Shown: piece after piece, positions 1-7,346 of the stretch
Layout: each line of letters begins with the position of its first letter
Position numbering within the stretch: the first letter of the stretch is position 1
Origin: Pseudomonadota bacterium
Lineage (GTDB): Bacteria; Bdellovibrionota; Bdellovibrionia; Bdellovibrionales; SG-bin7
Assembly: GCA_034439715.1 (NCBI GenBank)
Contig: JAWXAY010000019.1
Location: 1 to 15,835, forward strand
DNA length: 15,835 nucleotides
Direction of reading: 5' to 3'
The notes under the pieces: model-generated
The model's input: the letters and a program-made list of their open reading frames with translations, nothing else
The model's database searches: none
Told to the model about the DNA's origin: nothing
Made by a program: the position numbers and the translations under genes

Positions 1-49
1 CGCTGTTTTAAACAAAATTTAATCTAAATAATATATTAAGGAGTTCATT

Positions 50-334
50 ATGAAAATCTTTGCAGCCGCTTTTTCTGTTTTATTGAGTTTTAATGCTTAT
101 GCCGTCTGTCCTTTGCCAGATAAAACTGTATCTATTGAGGCAAAGGGTGCTGCTGTTAAAGACCTCTTGAAATTTATTTTGGATCAATCGGGATTAACGT
201 ACGATATTAACAGCCTGCCGAAAACAAGCAAAACCGTTAGCCTTGAGGTAAAAAACGGGAAAATTTGCGATGTTTACGAGTTCCTAATGGAACAAGGTAA
301 TTACGAACAGGTTCTGAAAATTCAAACCAAGTAG
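50..334 (+). CDS. Small secreted protein, probable stand-alone STN (secretin/TonB short N-terminal)-like domain
   Basis: SD AAGGAG 6 nt before ATG; Sec signal ending AYA; mature part VSIEAKGAAVKDLLKFILDQSGLTY...KTVSLEVKNGKICDVYEFL follows the STN pattern; two Cys. Confidence 0.6.
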   Translation: MKIFAAAFSVLLSFNAYAVCPLPDKTVSIEAKGAAVKDLLKFILDQSGLTYDINSLPKTSKTVSLEVKNGKICDVYEFLMEQGNYEQVLKIQTK

Positions 335-440
335 TTCGCTTTAATTCAACTAGCTCTATAGCTTTTCAGTTTGGCCAACGAGCCTTGACTTTAATTTTTC
401 GAGAATTAAATATTGTTACGTGGCGCTGAGAAAAATTGAG

Positions 441-446
441 TATAAT
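441..446 (+). promoter_or_regulatory. Consensus -10 box (TATAAT) 10 nt before the hydrolase ATG; near-leaderless transcript likely
   Basis: Perfect TATAAT at 441-446; no SD before ATG 457; no good -35 at 17 bp. Confidence 0.4.
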
Positions 447-456
447 ATCATTCTAA

Positions 457-1326
457 ATGATGCGTTTTAATGAAATACTTATAAAAGACGGTATCCTAGC
501 TACTTACGAGATTGGAACAGGCCCAAAGCTTATTTTCCTCCATGGCGGTCCCGGCGATACCCACCATTACCTTCGTCCTCTTGCAGAAAAACTCAAAAGT
601 CATTTTACGTGTATTTTATATGACCAAAGAGGATCGGGTAGCTCACAAATCAATGAACGAAACTCATCAACGTTAAGTTTGTCTTCTTTCTTTCATGATC
701 TGGACAGCATTATTGAATTCTATGGAGCTGACCGAGTAAATTTATTTGGTCACTCATGGGGTGCGATGTTGGCATTATTCTATAATATCGCACGGCCTAA
801 CAAAGTTTCTAAAAACGCGATTGTTAGCATAGGACCTCTTACCGAAAAATACGGCGTAATGAATGCAGAGAGAAGGCTTTCCGTTCTGACAGCCTCTGAA
901 CGAGATTTATCAGGTTCTTTGAGAGCCGATCGTACGATAGCTCTCAAAAACAAGAAATTTGCCGAAGTTTACAGGCTTGATAATCAACTTATACGATTAA
1001 CCGTCAAATCTTGGATTTATGATCCCCTAATACGGGAAGATTTTTTGAACAGTTACTTCTCCGAACCGCCCGTGGATCGTGAGTTAAATAAGCTCGTATG
1101 GGAGTCTGCACAGAATTTTTTTGATTGGAATTTACTTAAAAAAATATCAAACCCAGTTTGGCTTTGTTCTGGGAGCCATGATCCAAACCCACCGGATCAA
1201 ATCAAAGAACTTGAAAGTAATCTCCAAAATGTAGAAACATTGGTGTTAGAAAAATGTGGACATATACCCTGGATCGAAAAACCGAATGTATTTTTTGAAG
1301 CGATTATCAAATTTTTGCACCGTTAA
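457..1326 (+). CDS. Alpha/beta-fold hydrolase, proline iminopeptidase-like
   Basis: HGGPG oxyanion motif, YDQRGSG, nucleophile elbow GHSWG, acid motif GSHD, catalytic His in CGHIPWIEKP. Confidence 0.9.
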   Translation: MMRFNEILIKDGILATYEIGTGPKLIFLHGGPGDTHHYLRPLAEKLKSHFTCILYDQRGSGSSQINERNSSTLSLSSFFHDLDSIIEFYGADRVNLFGHSWGAMLALFYNIARPNKVSKNAIVSIGPLTEKYGVMNAERRLSVLTASERDLSGSLRADRTIALKNKKFAEVYRLDNQLIRLTVKSWIYDPLIREDFLNSYFSEPPVDRELNKLVWESAQNFFDWNLLKKISNPVWLCSGSHDPNPPDQIKELESNLQNVETLVLEKCGHIPWIEKPNVFFEAIIKFLHR

Positions 1327-1363
1327 TCACTGGTCTTCAATCCACGATTTGGCCAAGTACCCA

Positions 1364-1458
1364 CTCGCAATAAACGAGCTATGAGGGCGAAAGTTCGCTT
1401 GGCCGTAGAAGTCCTTTATTACCGTGCATAGAGGCCCTTTTCTGACCATTTATCATTT
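1364..1458 (+). repeat. Intergenic structured repeat, copy A (degenerate)
   Basis: 1364-1409 matches 2233-2278 at 41/46 nt without gaps; tail motifs AGGCCC and TGACCA-N3-ATCATTT are shared with copy B. Confidence 0.85.
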
Positions 1459-1622
1459 GGTAGGAGATCATTTTAATTTGTTCTGACCTGAGCCCCGCAT
1501 ATTAGACAGCCCGATAGATTTCCCTGCTCGCATTTGAGGGAGCAAGTGCAGCTGGGCCTGCGCCGCCATGGACGACTAAACGTCTGCCTGCTATGGCTAA
1601 TCAAAGTATTGTAGGAGGTAAT

Positions 1623-2216
1623 GTGAGATTATTGCCAGTTGGATTAATTGCTTCTCTTGTTTTGCTATTAGCTAGTTGTACAGGGGAAAAACCTCTACGC
1701 CCCAAGGCTAGGAATAAAAGTCTCATTGAGTTTAAACAGGACCTTCTCTTGGAGAAAGATCCAACTAAGAAATTTTATATTCATGCAGATATAGTTAAAA
1801 AATATTCAAGTGAACCAATGACATCCAGCGCAGCCATAGAGGCCGAGTCTTTTTCTAAATCTCTTTTGGAAATTGCCAAAAACTATGAAAAAGATTGGAA
1901 TTACGGAAACGCCATTCATCATGGCAATCTTGTTCTGGGTCGAGTGAAATTATTCCAGGGAGACCTTACCGTCGCCAAACAGTATTTGATTTTGGCTGCC
2001 GGTACGAATGGATCGCCTCAGTTAGGTTCTTTTGGCCCCAACATGACACTCGCAAAAGAACTTCTTGAGAAAGGCGAGAAAAAAGCTGTTCTAGAATATT
2101 TTGATAACTGTTTAAAATTTTGGAAATCGCCAACGGCTAAAACAGAAGTAGAACCATGGAAGACGGCTATCAATAAAGGAAGCACTCCAGATTTTGGTGG
2201 CAATTTAGTTTATTAG
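1623..2216 (+). CDS. Lipoprotein with conserved helical, TPR-like C-terminal domain of unknown function
   Basis: AGGAGG at 1613-1618 precedes in-frame GTG 1623 (preferred to ATG 1593), giving signal MRLLPVGLIASLVLLLAS-C with a lipobox; C-terminal WNYGNAIHHGNLVLGR...GSPQLGSFGPNMTLAKELL block recalled from uncharacterised bacterial proteins. Confidence 0.75.
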   Translation: MRLLPVGLIASLVLLLASCTGEKPLRPKARNKSLIEFKQDLLLEKDPTKKFYIHADIVKKYSSEPMTSSAAIEAESFSKSLLEIAKNYEKDWNYGNAIHHGNLVLGRVKLFQGDLTVAKQYLILAAGTNGSPQLGSFGPNMTLAKELLEKGEKKAVLEYFDNCLKFWKSPTAKTEVEPWKTAINKGSTPDFGGNLVY

Positions 2217-2225
2217 GTCAGGAAA

Positions 2226-2377
2226 ACTCCACCTCGCATTGAACGAGCCATGAGGGCAAAAGCTCGCTTGGCCGTAGAGGCCTGGCTCGTACCCCAACGA
2301 CACAAGCAAGCTCCGTAGCTTGTCGCCCCACCGCAAAGGCCCCTCTCCCCAGCCCATTCTTTGACCAAACATCATTT
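2226..2377 (+). repeat. Intergenic structured repeat, copy B (most complete)
   Basis: ACGAGCCA 2243-2250 pairs with TGGCTCGT 2283-2290 and encloses two small hairpins; a further hairpin CAAGCT-ccgt-AGCTTG at 2307-2322; homology to 1364-1458 and 13945-14007. Confidence 0.85.
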
Positions 2378-2421
2378 TTGATAAATATGGACTCCGATGG
2401 GTAAATCATCGTTGTGAAATC

Positions 2422-2604
2422 GTCAAAACTTTGGACCTAAATTTGCAATTAACTTTTCAATGAGTTGTCAGGTCTTACGCAATTGTGATGAGGTCGAATT
2501 GTTAAAAAAATTGAGGAATTATTCCCCATGTTTTTTTAAAACTACGTCCCTTTTCCTCTTCTTAAGATCGATTATTAATGTCGATAAACATAGTCAAAAC
2601 TTTG
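2422..2604. repeat. 12-bp direct repeat GTCAAAACTTTG (2422-2433 and 2593-2604), candidate regulator sites
   Basis: Exact 12-mer twice, 171 bp apart; the second copy also forms the inverted pair GTCAAA-N16-TTTGAC (2593-2620). Confidence 0.5.
2432..2447 (+). promoter_or_regulatory. Possible sigma54 -24/-12 promoter
   Basis: TGGACC-TAAAT-TTGCA: GG-N10-GC spacing with TTGCA, upstream of the sulfur operon. Confidence 0.35.
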
Positions 2605-2645
2605 TAGCAAGACCTTTGACATAAAGTAAATGCAGGAGGCAATTA

Positions 2646-2735
2646 ATGGACGGTTACACTCAACAGACAGCTTGGTCGCCCGCGTTCACCGTCTCGCCGT
2701 TTTACAAAGAAAAATATAGCGGGAATTTAGATTAA
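2646..2735 (+). CDS. Putative 29-aa small protein or leader peptide MDGYTQQTAWSPAFTVSPFYKEKYSGNLD
   Basis: AGGAGG at 2634-2639, 6 nt before ATG 2646; TAA ends 35 nt before the next start; too short for the supplied ORF track. Confidence 0.45.
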   Translation: MDGYTQQTAWSPAFTVSPFYKEKYSGNLD

Positions 2736-2770
2736 AAGGGTTCGTATTTACTATATATAAGAGGTCAGAA

Positions 2771-4231
2771 ATGTTTTTTCAGCGCATTAAAACACCTGGA
2801 GTCGCTCATAACGCTTACATGATTGGTTCAAAGGGCATCGGAGTCATTATTGATCCACGACGAGACGTAGACGAATACTTTCACATTGCCAGAAAAAATA
2901 AACTTCAAATTAAATATATTCTCGAAACTCATCGGCAAGAAGATTTCGTATTCGGGTCTGATCAGATTCGGGAACTAACCAAAGCTCAAATCGTAACAGG
3001 TAAACATAAATACTCAGGTCATAGTGATATATTTTTAGAAGATGGAGAAACACTTCAAGTCGGAGATCTTATTTTTCGCTGCCTCTACACTCCTGGACAC
3101 ACGCCAGAAAGCGTTTCTTACGCGGTGTTCATGAAAGATAAACCAAATTCTGCTTGGGCCGTCTTTACGGGCGATGCGCTTTTCATCGGTGAAGCAGGAC
3201 GGACCGATTTACCTGATCCCGAGAAAACAGCAGAGAATGCTGCGATACTTTTTGATAGCATCCAAAAACGAATTCTACCACTTGGGGATCAAACATTGCT
3301 TTTTCCTGCGCACGGTTCTGGTTCTGTTTGTGGCGGCAATATTGCCGAGTATGATGAATCAACCATTGGCTTTGAACGCACGTATAACCCGGCGTTTGTT
3401 CACTCCAAGGAAAAGTTCATAGAAAATAAAGTAAAAGAGCGTATTCCACGACCGCCTTATTTTCGGTTGATGGAAAAATTAAACTTAAAAGGTGGAATTA
3501 AGCTAAGTAAATCTCCTGAAACCATTCCCACTATGACTCCAAAAGATTTTGCGCGTGAATCTGAGAAAGGGATAGTTATTGATACTCGTCACCCAGAAGC
3601 CTTTGCGGGTGGACATATTCCGAAATCTTACAGCATTTGGCTCGATGGCTTGCCCGTTTTTGGTGGCTGGGTGGCTGATGATCAGACTCCCGTCTATTTC
3701 GTATTAGAAAAACCAGACGATCTTAGAAACGCATTTCTTCATCTTCAGCGCATCGGTGTCGACAATATTTCCGGACTTCTAGGTGGAGGATTTGAAGGAT
3801 GGCGTGATGCGGGCCTCCCAATCCAAATGTCTGGGACACTTAGTGTGTCTTCGAAGTCTTTTGAAAAAGGCGACATTCCACTTCTTGATGTGCGGGACAT
3901 CACAGAATTCGAAGAAGGTCACATCGGCGGTGCAAGGCACGCCTATGTCGGCTTTATTCCTCAAATGAATTTTGAAAGCGAATTTGATCCGCAAAAACCA
4001 TTAGTAGTGACGTGCGCCGTCGGACACCGAGCGAGCCTTGCTGTGAGTCTTCTTCTTCGCGCCGGCTATAAGAATCTCTTCAATCTGCTTGGAGGCACAA
4101 CAGCTTGGAAAAAACTCGATAAACCGCTTGTAGTAGGTCCTAATGAAAAACGGACACTTGATCGTGAGATTATTAACAAGCGCGTAACTCACGAATCAAT
4201 CTCTGAGGTCGCGCAAGGGCAACGAACTTGA
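2771..4231 (+). CDS. cstB: MBL-fold persulfide dioxygenase fused to pseudo-rhodanese and rhodanese domains (CstB-like)
   Basis: IIDPRRD, ETHRQEDF, TPGHTPES, FTGDALF, GRTDL, PAHGSGSVCGG; first rhodanese domain (IDTR..FAGGHIP) lacks the catalytic Cys; second has LLDVR..EFEEGHI and CAVGHRAS. Confidence 0.85.
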   Translation: MFFQRIKTPGVAHNAYMIGSKGIGVIIDPRRDVDEYFHIARKNKLQIKYILETHRQEDFVFGSDQIRELTKAQIVTGKHKYSGHSDIFLEDGETLQVGDLIFRCLYTPGHTPESVSYAVFMKDKPNSAWAVFTGDALFIGEAGRTDLPDPEKTAENAAILFDSIQKRILPLGDQTLLFPAHGSGSVCGGNIAEYDESTIGFERTYNPAFVHSKEKFIENKVKERIPRPPYFRLMEKLNLKGGIKLSKSPETIPTMTPKDFARESEKGIVIDTRHPEAFAGGHIPKSYSIWLDGLPVFGGWVADDQTPVYFVLEKPDDLRNAFLHLQRIGVDNISGLLGGGFEGWRDAGLPIQMSGTLSVSSKSFEKGDIPLLDVRDITEFEEGHIGGARHAYVGFIPQMNFESEFDPQKPLVVTCAVGHRASLAVSLLLRAGYKNLFNLLGGTTAWKKLDKPLVVGPNEKRTLDREIINKRVTHESISEVAQGQRT

Positions 4232-4241
4232 GGTCTATATA

Positions 4242-4820
4242 ATGAAAACCTTCAGCCTCTACGCTTTTATAAGTTTGCTTGGGCGTTCCACCCTCGCAGC
4301 TGCTGCCGATACGACTATGCAGACTGGTGGAGCTTGGTCTCCATACCTAGCCGGTGCGTTTATTGGGGTGTTAGTTTGTCTAACTTTTTATTTTTCAGAA
4401 GAACCCGTCGGAGCCTCATCATTTTACGCAACCGTTGCAGGATTTATTGGAAACGCGATCGCACCAAAACACACCATGCAGCTTGAGTACTACAAAGAGA
4501 AACCTCCAAAAGTAAACTGGGAGTTTATCTTTGTTATTGCAGCAATTTTTGGATCAGCCATTGCGGCTCTACATGAAAGCGAATTTTCGCTACGAGGCCT
4601 TCCACAAATGTGGATAGACCGATATGGAGAAAATAGTTGGGCGCTATACTCCGCCTTAAGTTTTACTGGTGGTCTATGCATGGCATTCGGGGCGAGACTC
4701 GCTGGGGGATGCACGAGTGGTCACGGCATTAGCGGAGCTGCGCAGTTAAGCGTTTCCTCATGGACTTCACTGATCTGTTTTTTCATTGGCGGCGTGATCG
4801 CAATTCGGCTTATCTATTAA
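4242..4820 (+). CDS. YeeE/YedE family sulfur-compound transporter subunit
   Basis: Multi-TM; WSPYLAG start of TM1; GARLAGGCTSGHGISG signature. Confidence 0.88.
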   Translation: MKTFSLYAFISLLGRSTLAAAADTTMQTGGAWSPYLAGAFIGVLVCLTFYFSEEPVGASSFYATVAGFIGNAIAPKHTMQLEYYKEKPPKVNWEFIFVIAAIFGSAIAALHESEFSLRGLPQMWIDRYGENSWALYSALSFTGGLCMAFGARLAGGCTSGHGISGAAQLSVSSWTSLICFFIGGVIAIRLIY

Positions 4821-4837
4821 GGAGCATTGTTTAAGAA

Positions 4838-5389
4838 ATGGAAACTTCACCTGTAGGTAAACAAAGAAAGAAATTAGCTCAAGCTTTGCTATTCGGCTTG
4901 ATGTTCGGTTTTCTTTTGCAAAAAGGTGGAGTCGCAAAGTACCACGTTCTCGAAGGCCAACTTTTATTCACAGATTTTACAGTCATGAAAGTTATGATGT
5001 CGGCGATTCTTGTCGCTATGATCGGGCTCTATTTTCTTCACAGAACAGCTAGAATAAAATTGCATATTAAACCTACTAAAATTGGAGCCAACATTATTGG
5101 CGGCCTCATATTCGGTGTTGGATTCGCCTTTGCTGGCTACTGTCCTGGCACAGGCGCAGCAGGACTTGGCCAGGGAGATATACCAGCATTGATCTTTATG
5201 TTCGGACTTGTGGCTGGCTCCTATCTTTTCGCCGAATTCTCAGAAACTTCTAAAAAAACAATTGAAAAATGGGGCGACAAGGGAAAGATAACTTTTCATA
5301 CTTTAATCAAAGTAAATACCGGTCCATCAGTTGCAATTATGGCAATTGTAGTCTTGAGTGCGCTACTTGTTATTAGTAAGCTCTCTTAA
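4838..5389 (+). CDS. YeeE/YedE family sulfur-compound transporter subunit (partner)
   Basis: SD AAGGAG; GLMFGFLLQKGG and GGLIFGVGFAFAGYCPGT signatures. Confidence 0.88.
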   Translation: METSPVGKQRKKLAQALLFGLMFGFLLQKGGVAKYHVLEGQLLFTDFTVMKVMMSAILVAMIGLYFLHRTARIKLHIKPTKIGANIIGGLIFGVGFAFAGYCPGTGAAGLGQGDIPALIFMFGLVAGSYLFAEFSETSKKTIEKWGDKGKITFHTLIKVNTGPSVAIMAIVVLSALLVISKLS

Positions 5390-5439
5390 TCACTGTGACG
5401 ACGAAAACCGCCCTCAATAGGATGGGTATTCTTTTAAAT

Positions 5440-5709
5440 TTATTTTTCCCTAGTCGCCCCATTTTTCAATTGATTTTCGAGATTTGCAACTCGGGCCTTG
5501 AGACTCTCTATTTCTATTCTAAGAACCTCAACATTAGAAGCTTCGCCCACAAACACTTCTCGAGGAGTGGCCGTGCAGCTCCAGCTCCTCGTTTCATTAA
5601 AGTAGGTCCAGCGATCACAAGTCAACAAACGTACTTTACCAGACAACTCCTCAGCGTCAGCTGCGCTGGCTAAAATTCCCAAAAAACAGAAGGCCAAAAT
5701 TATCTTCAT
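5440..5709 (-). CDS. Small secreted protein with a Cys pair and C-terminal coiled coil
   Basis: SD AGGAG; Sec signal; CDRWTY...WSC; heptad tail LRIEIESLKARVANLENQLK; last gene of the - strand operon. Confidence 0.7.
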   Translation of the reverse strand: MKIILAFCFLGILASAADAEELSGKVRLLTCDRWTYFNETRSWSCTATPREVFVGEASNVEVLRIEIESLKARVANLENQLKNGATREK

Positions 5710-5720
5710 CTTTATCTCCT

Positions 5721-7340
5721 CTATTCAACAGTCAATTCCAAATCTTGGTAAAATCCCTTCAAAACCAGACGTTCAACTTTAGACTTTGCCATTAAGAGAG
5801 CGTAAACAGCAGTAATTCGATTTGCACTTGCTTTAAGTAAAATCGAACTCGCGTCTGACATCTCTTGCACAAAATATTCATCGTTAACTCGGTCATCACC
5901 AACCTGTAACCGTCGCAAAAGAGTTTTTAATCTATCATCTGCGTTTTTTAAACTTGCCTCGGCGATTCTAAAAGACCTCAAACTATTATTGTACTCTGTG
6001 GCGGCAATTACAGTTCGCTGATCAATTAAAGATAAAGTTTCTTCTTTTTTGTTGGCAAGTTCGCGCTCACTTGATTCACCAACATTAAGCATAGCTGCAT
6101 AGCCAAAACCCATGACATCATTAGAATTAGGATCTAAAAAACCCCAAGCGTGAGCTTTAGTATTTTGCCGACTAGCCTCGATCAAAAAATCAAATGTAGC
6201 AGCCTCAAAAGACCTTGTTTGAGCCTCTTTAATATACTTGTTAGCATCGATACTATTTTCAGTCGCCAAATCAGGCAAACCAATTGGAAGAATTTGCTTT
6301 ATGCCAGTTGATGCGGGTAAGGCCACGGCATGAGCAAGCGAACTATGTTCAAGACTAATTAAGGTCTTAAGTTGAACTAAGTCCTGCTCAAGAAGTAACA
6401 AATTTAACTGATATTTTTCCGCACTGCCTCGTGGTAAAAGTCCCAGAATTTCTCGCTTCTCAATAACTCTATGAATCTCATCTTGTTTAGCAAGACCTTT
6501 TTCCATAATGTCTTGAATAGCTAAATCCCGCGAAACCAAATAGTAAAAACTTTCTACATATTGCATTTCGTTTCCACGAAGAGAAGCAAAAGATTTTCTT
6601 TTGGCACTCTCTAGCTCTTTTGCCTCATCCCATTTATACCAATTACTCGGAAATATATACGGCATCAAACTACCAATGGCTTCAATCGCCCCTAATGGAC
6701 CGCCAGAAACAAAAGCCAAGAGATCTTTCATATTAAAATGAGGGAGTAAATTTCCTATGGCTATCTTAATTCTCTGTTTAGCTTGAAATACGCGCTCTGC
6801 TTCTTGGGAAACAGCATAGTTATTAAATCGTGCCCGTCCCACAAGTTCATCTAAGCTATATTTACCCTGAAGTTCATCACTTTTTGGTGCCGGTGGTAGG
6901 GTATCATCTCTCAGCAAATGAATCGAAATTACCATCTGTCCTGAAGCCTTGCTAGTAATGTCAAAATTAATTTTGCCCGGAGCCACGCAAAGCTTCTGAA
7001 TCTCACCACTATTTTCACCTACACCGCAGTTATCTGAGTTTAGGGTTAGGCGATATTCTCTATTGCCAAAGAGCGGGCTTTGTATTGTTAAAAAAGAATC
7101 TGTGCTCTGTACAAATACTCTTTCAGCTTTAGCAGTTCCCAAAGTTCTAAATATTGAAAACTCAAGAGTCTTAAAATCACCCTTATCTTTGACGGTCGGA
7201 ACCTCAGCTACGACCTGCGAAGTCACCCCAGCAATGCTCATCAAGCCATGGTAGCGTCCCCTAAGCTCATCTAAGCTCTCATCCCGGCAACCAGAAACTA
7301 CCAATAACAAAAGACTTATTAAAATAAATTTCGTTCTCAT
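5721..7340 (-). CDS. Atypical TolC/OEP-like lipoprotein with an extra N-terminal beta domain
   Basis: Lipobox VSG-C; ~160-aa N-terminal extension; OEP-like YSLDELVGRARFNN...AKQRIKIAIGNLLP, long coiled helices, end AVYALLMAKSKVERLV. Confidence 0.7.
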   Translation of the reverse strand: MRTKFILISLLLLVVSGCRDESLDELRGRYHGLMSIAGVTSQVVAEVPTVKDKGDFKTLEFSIFRTLGTAKAERVFVQSTDSFLTIQSPLFGNREYRLTLNSDNCGVGENSGEIQKLCVAPGKINFDITSKASGQMVISIHLLRDDTLPPAPKSDELQGKYSLDELVGRARFNNYAVSQEAERVFQAKQRIKIAIGNLLPHFNMKDLLAFVSGGPLGAIEAIGSLMPYIFPSNWYKWDEAKELESAKRKSFASLRGNEMQYVESFYYLVSRDLAIQDIMEKGLAKQDEIHRVIEKREILGLLPRGSAEKYQLNLLLLEQDLVQLKTLISLEHSSLAHAVALPASTGIKQILPIGLPDLATENSIDANKYIKEAQTRSFEAATFDFLIEASRQNTKAHAWGFLDPNSNDVMGFGYAAMLNVGESSERELANKKEETLSLIDQRTVIAATEYNNSLRSFRIAEASLKNADDRLKTLLRRLQVGDDRVNDEYFVQEMSDASSILLKASANRITAVYALLMAKSKVERLVLKGFYQDLELTVE

Positions 7341-7346
7341 TTTTAC

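Noticed and set aside
1376..1400. Hammerhead ribozyme or c-di-GMP-I riboswitch in the repeat (ATGAG…GAAA, GGCAAA)
   Set aside because: No CUGANGA core, GAAA sits in a loop and is AAAA in copy B, riboswitch motif spacing is wrong, and the element is 3' of genes
1364..2377. Repeats as integron attC sites
   Set aside because: The position after stop codons and the AAC are suggestive, but there is no complementary GTTRRRY box (copy B reads CGTAC) and no integrase in the window
2218..2409. 63-aa - strand ORF
   Set aside because: Lies over repeat copy B; the frame is not preserved in copy A (stop codon) and there is no recognisable motif
2771..4231. Beta-lactamase or glyoxalase II call
   Set aside because: The binuclear HxHxDH motif is absent; rhodanese fusion and YeeE neighbours point to sulfur metabolism
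5390..5445. Intrinsic terminator between the convergent sulfur and efflux operons
   Set aside because: Only a weak, mismatched stem (CCGCCCT-caat-AGGATGG); not enough support to call
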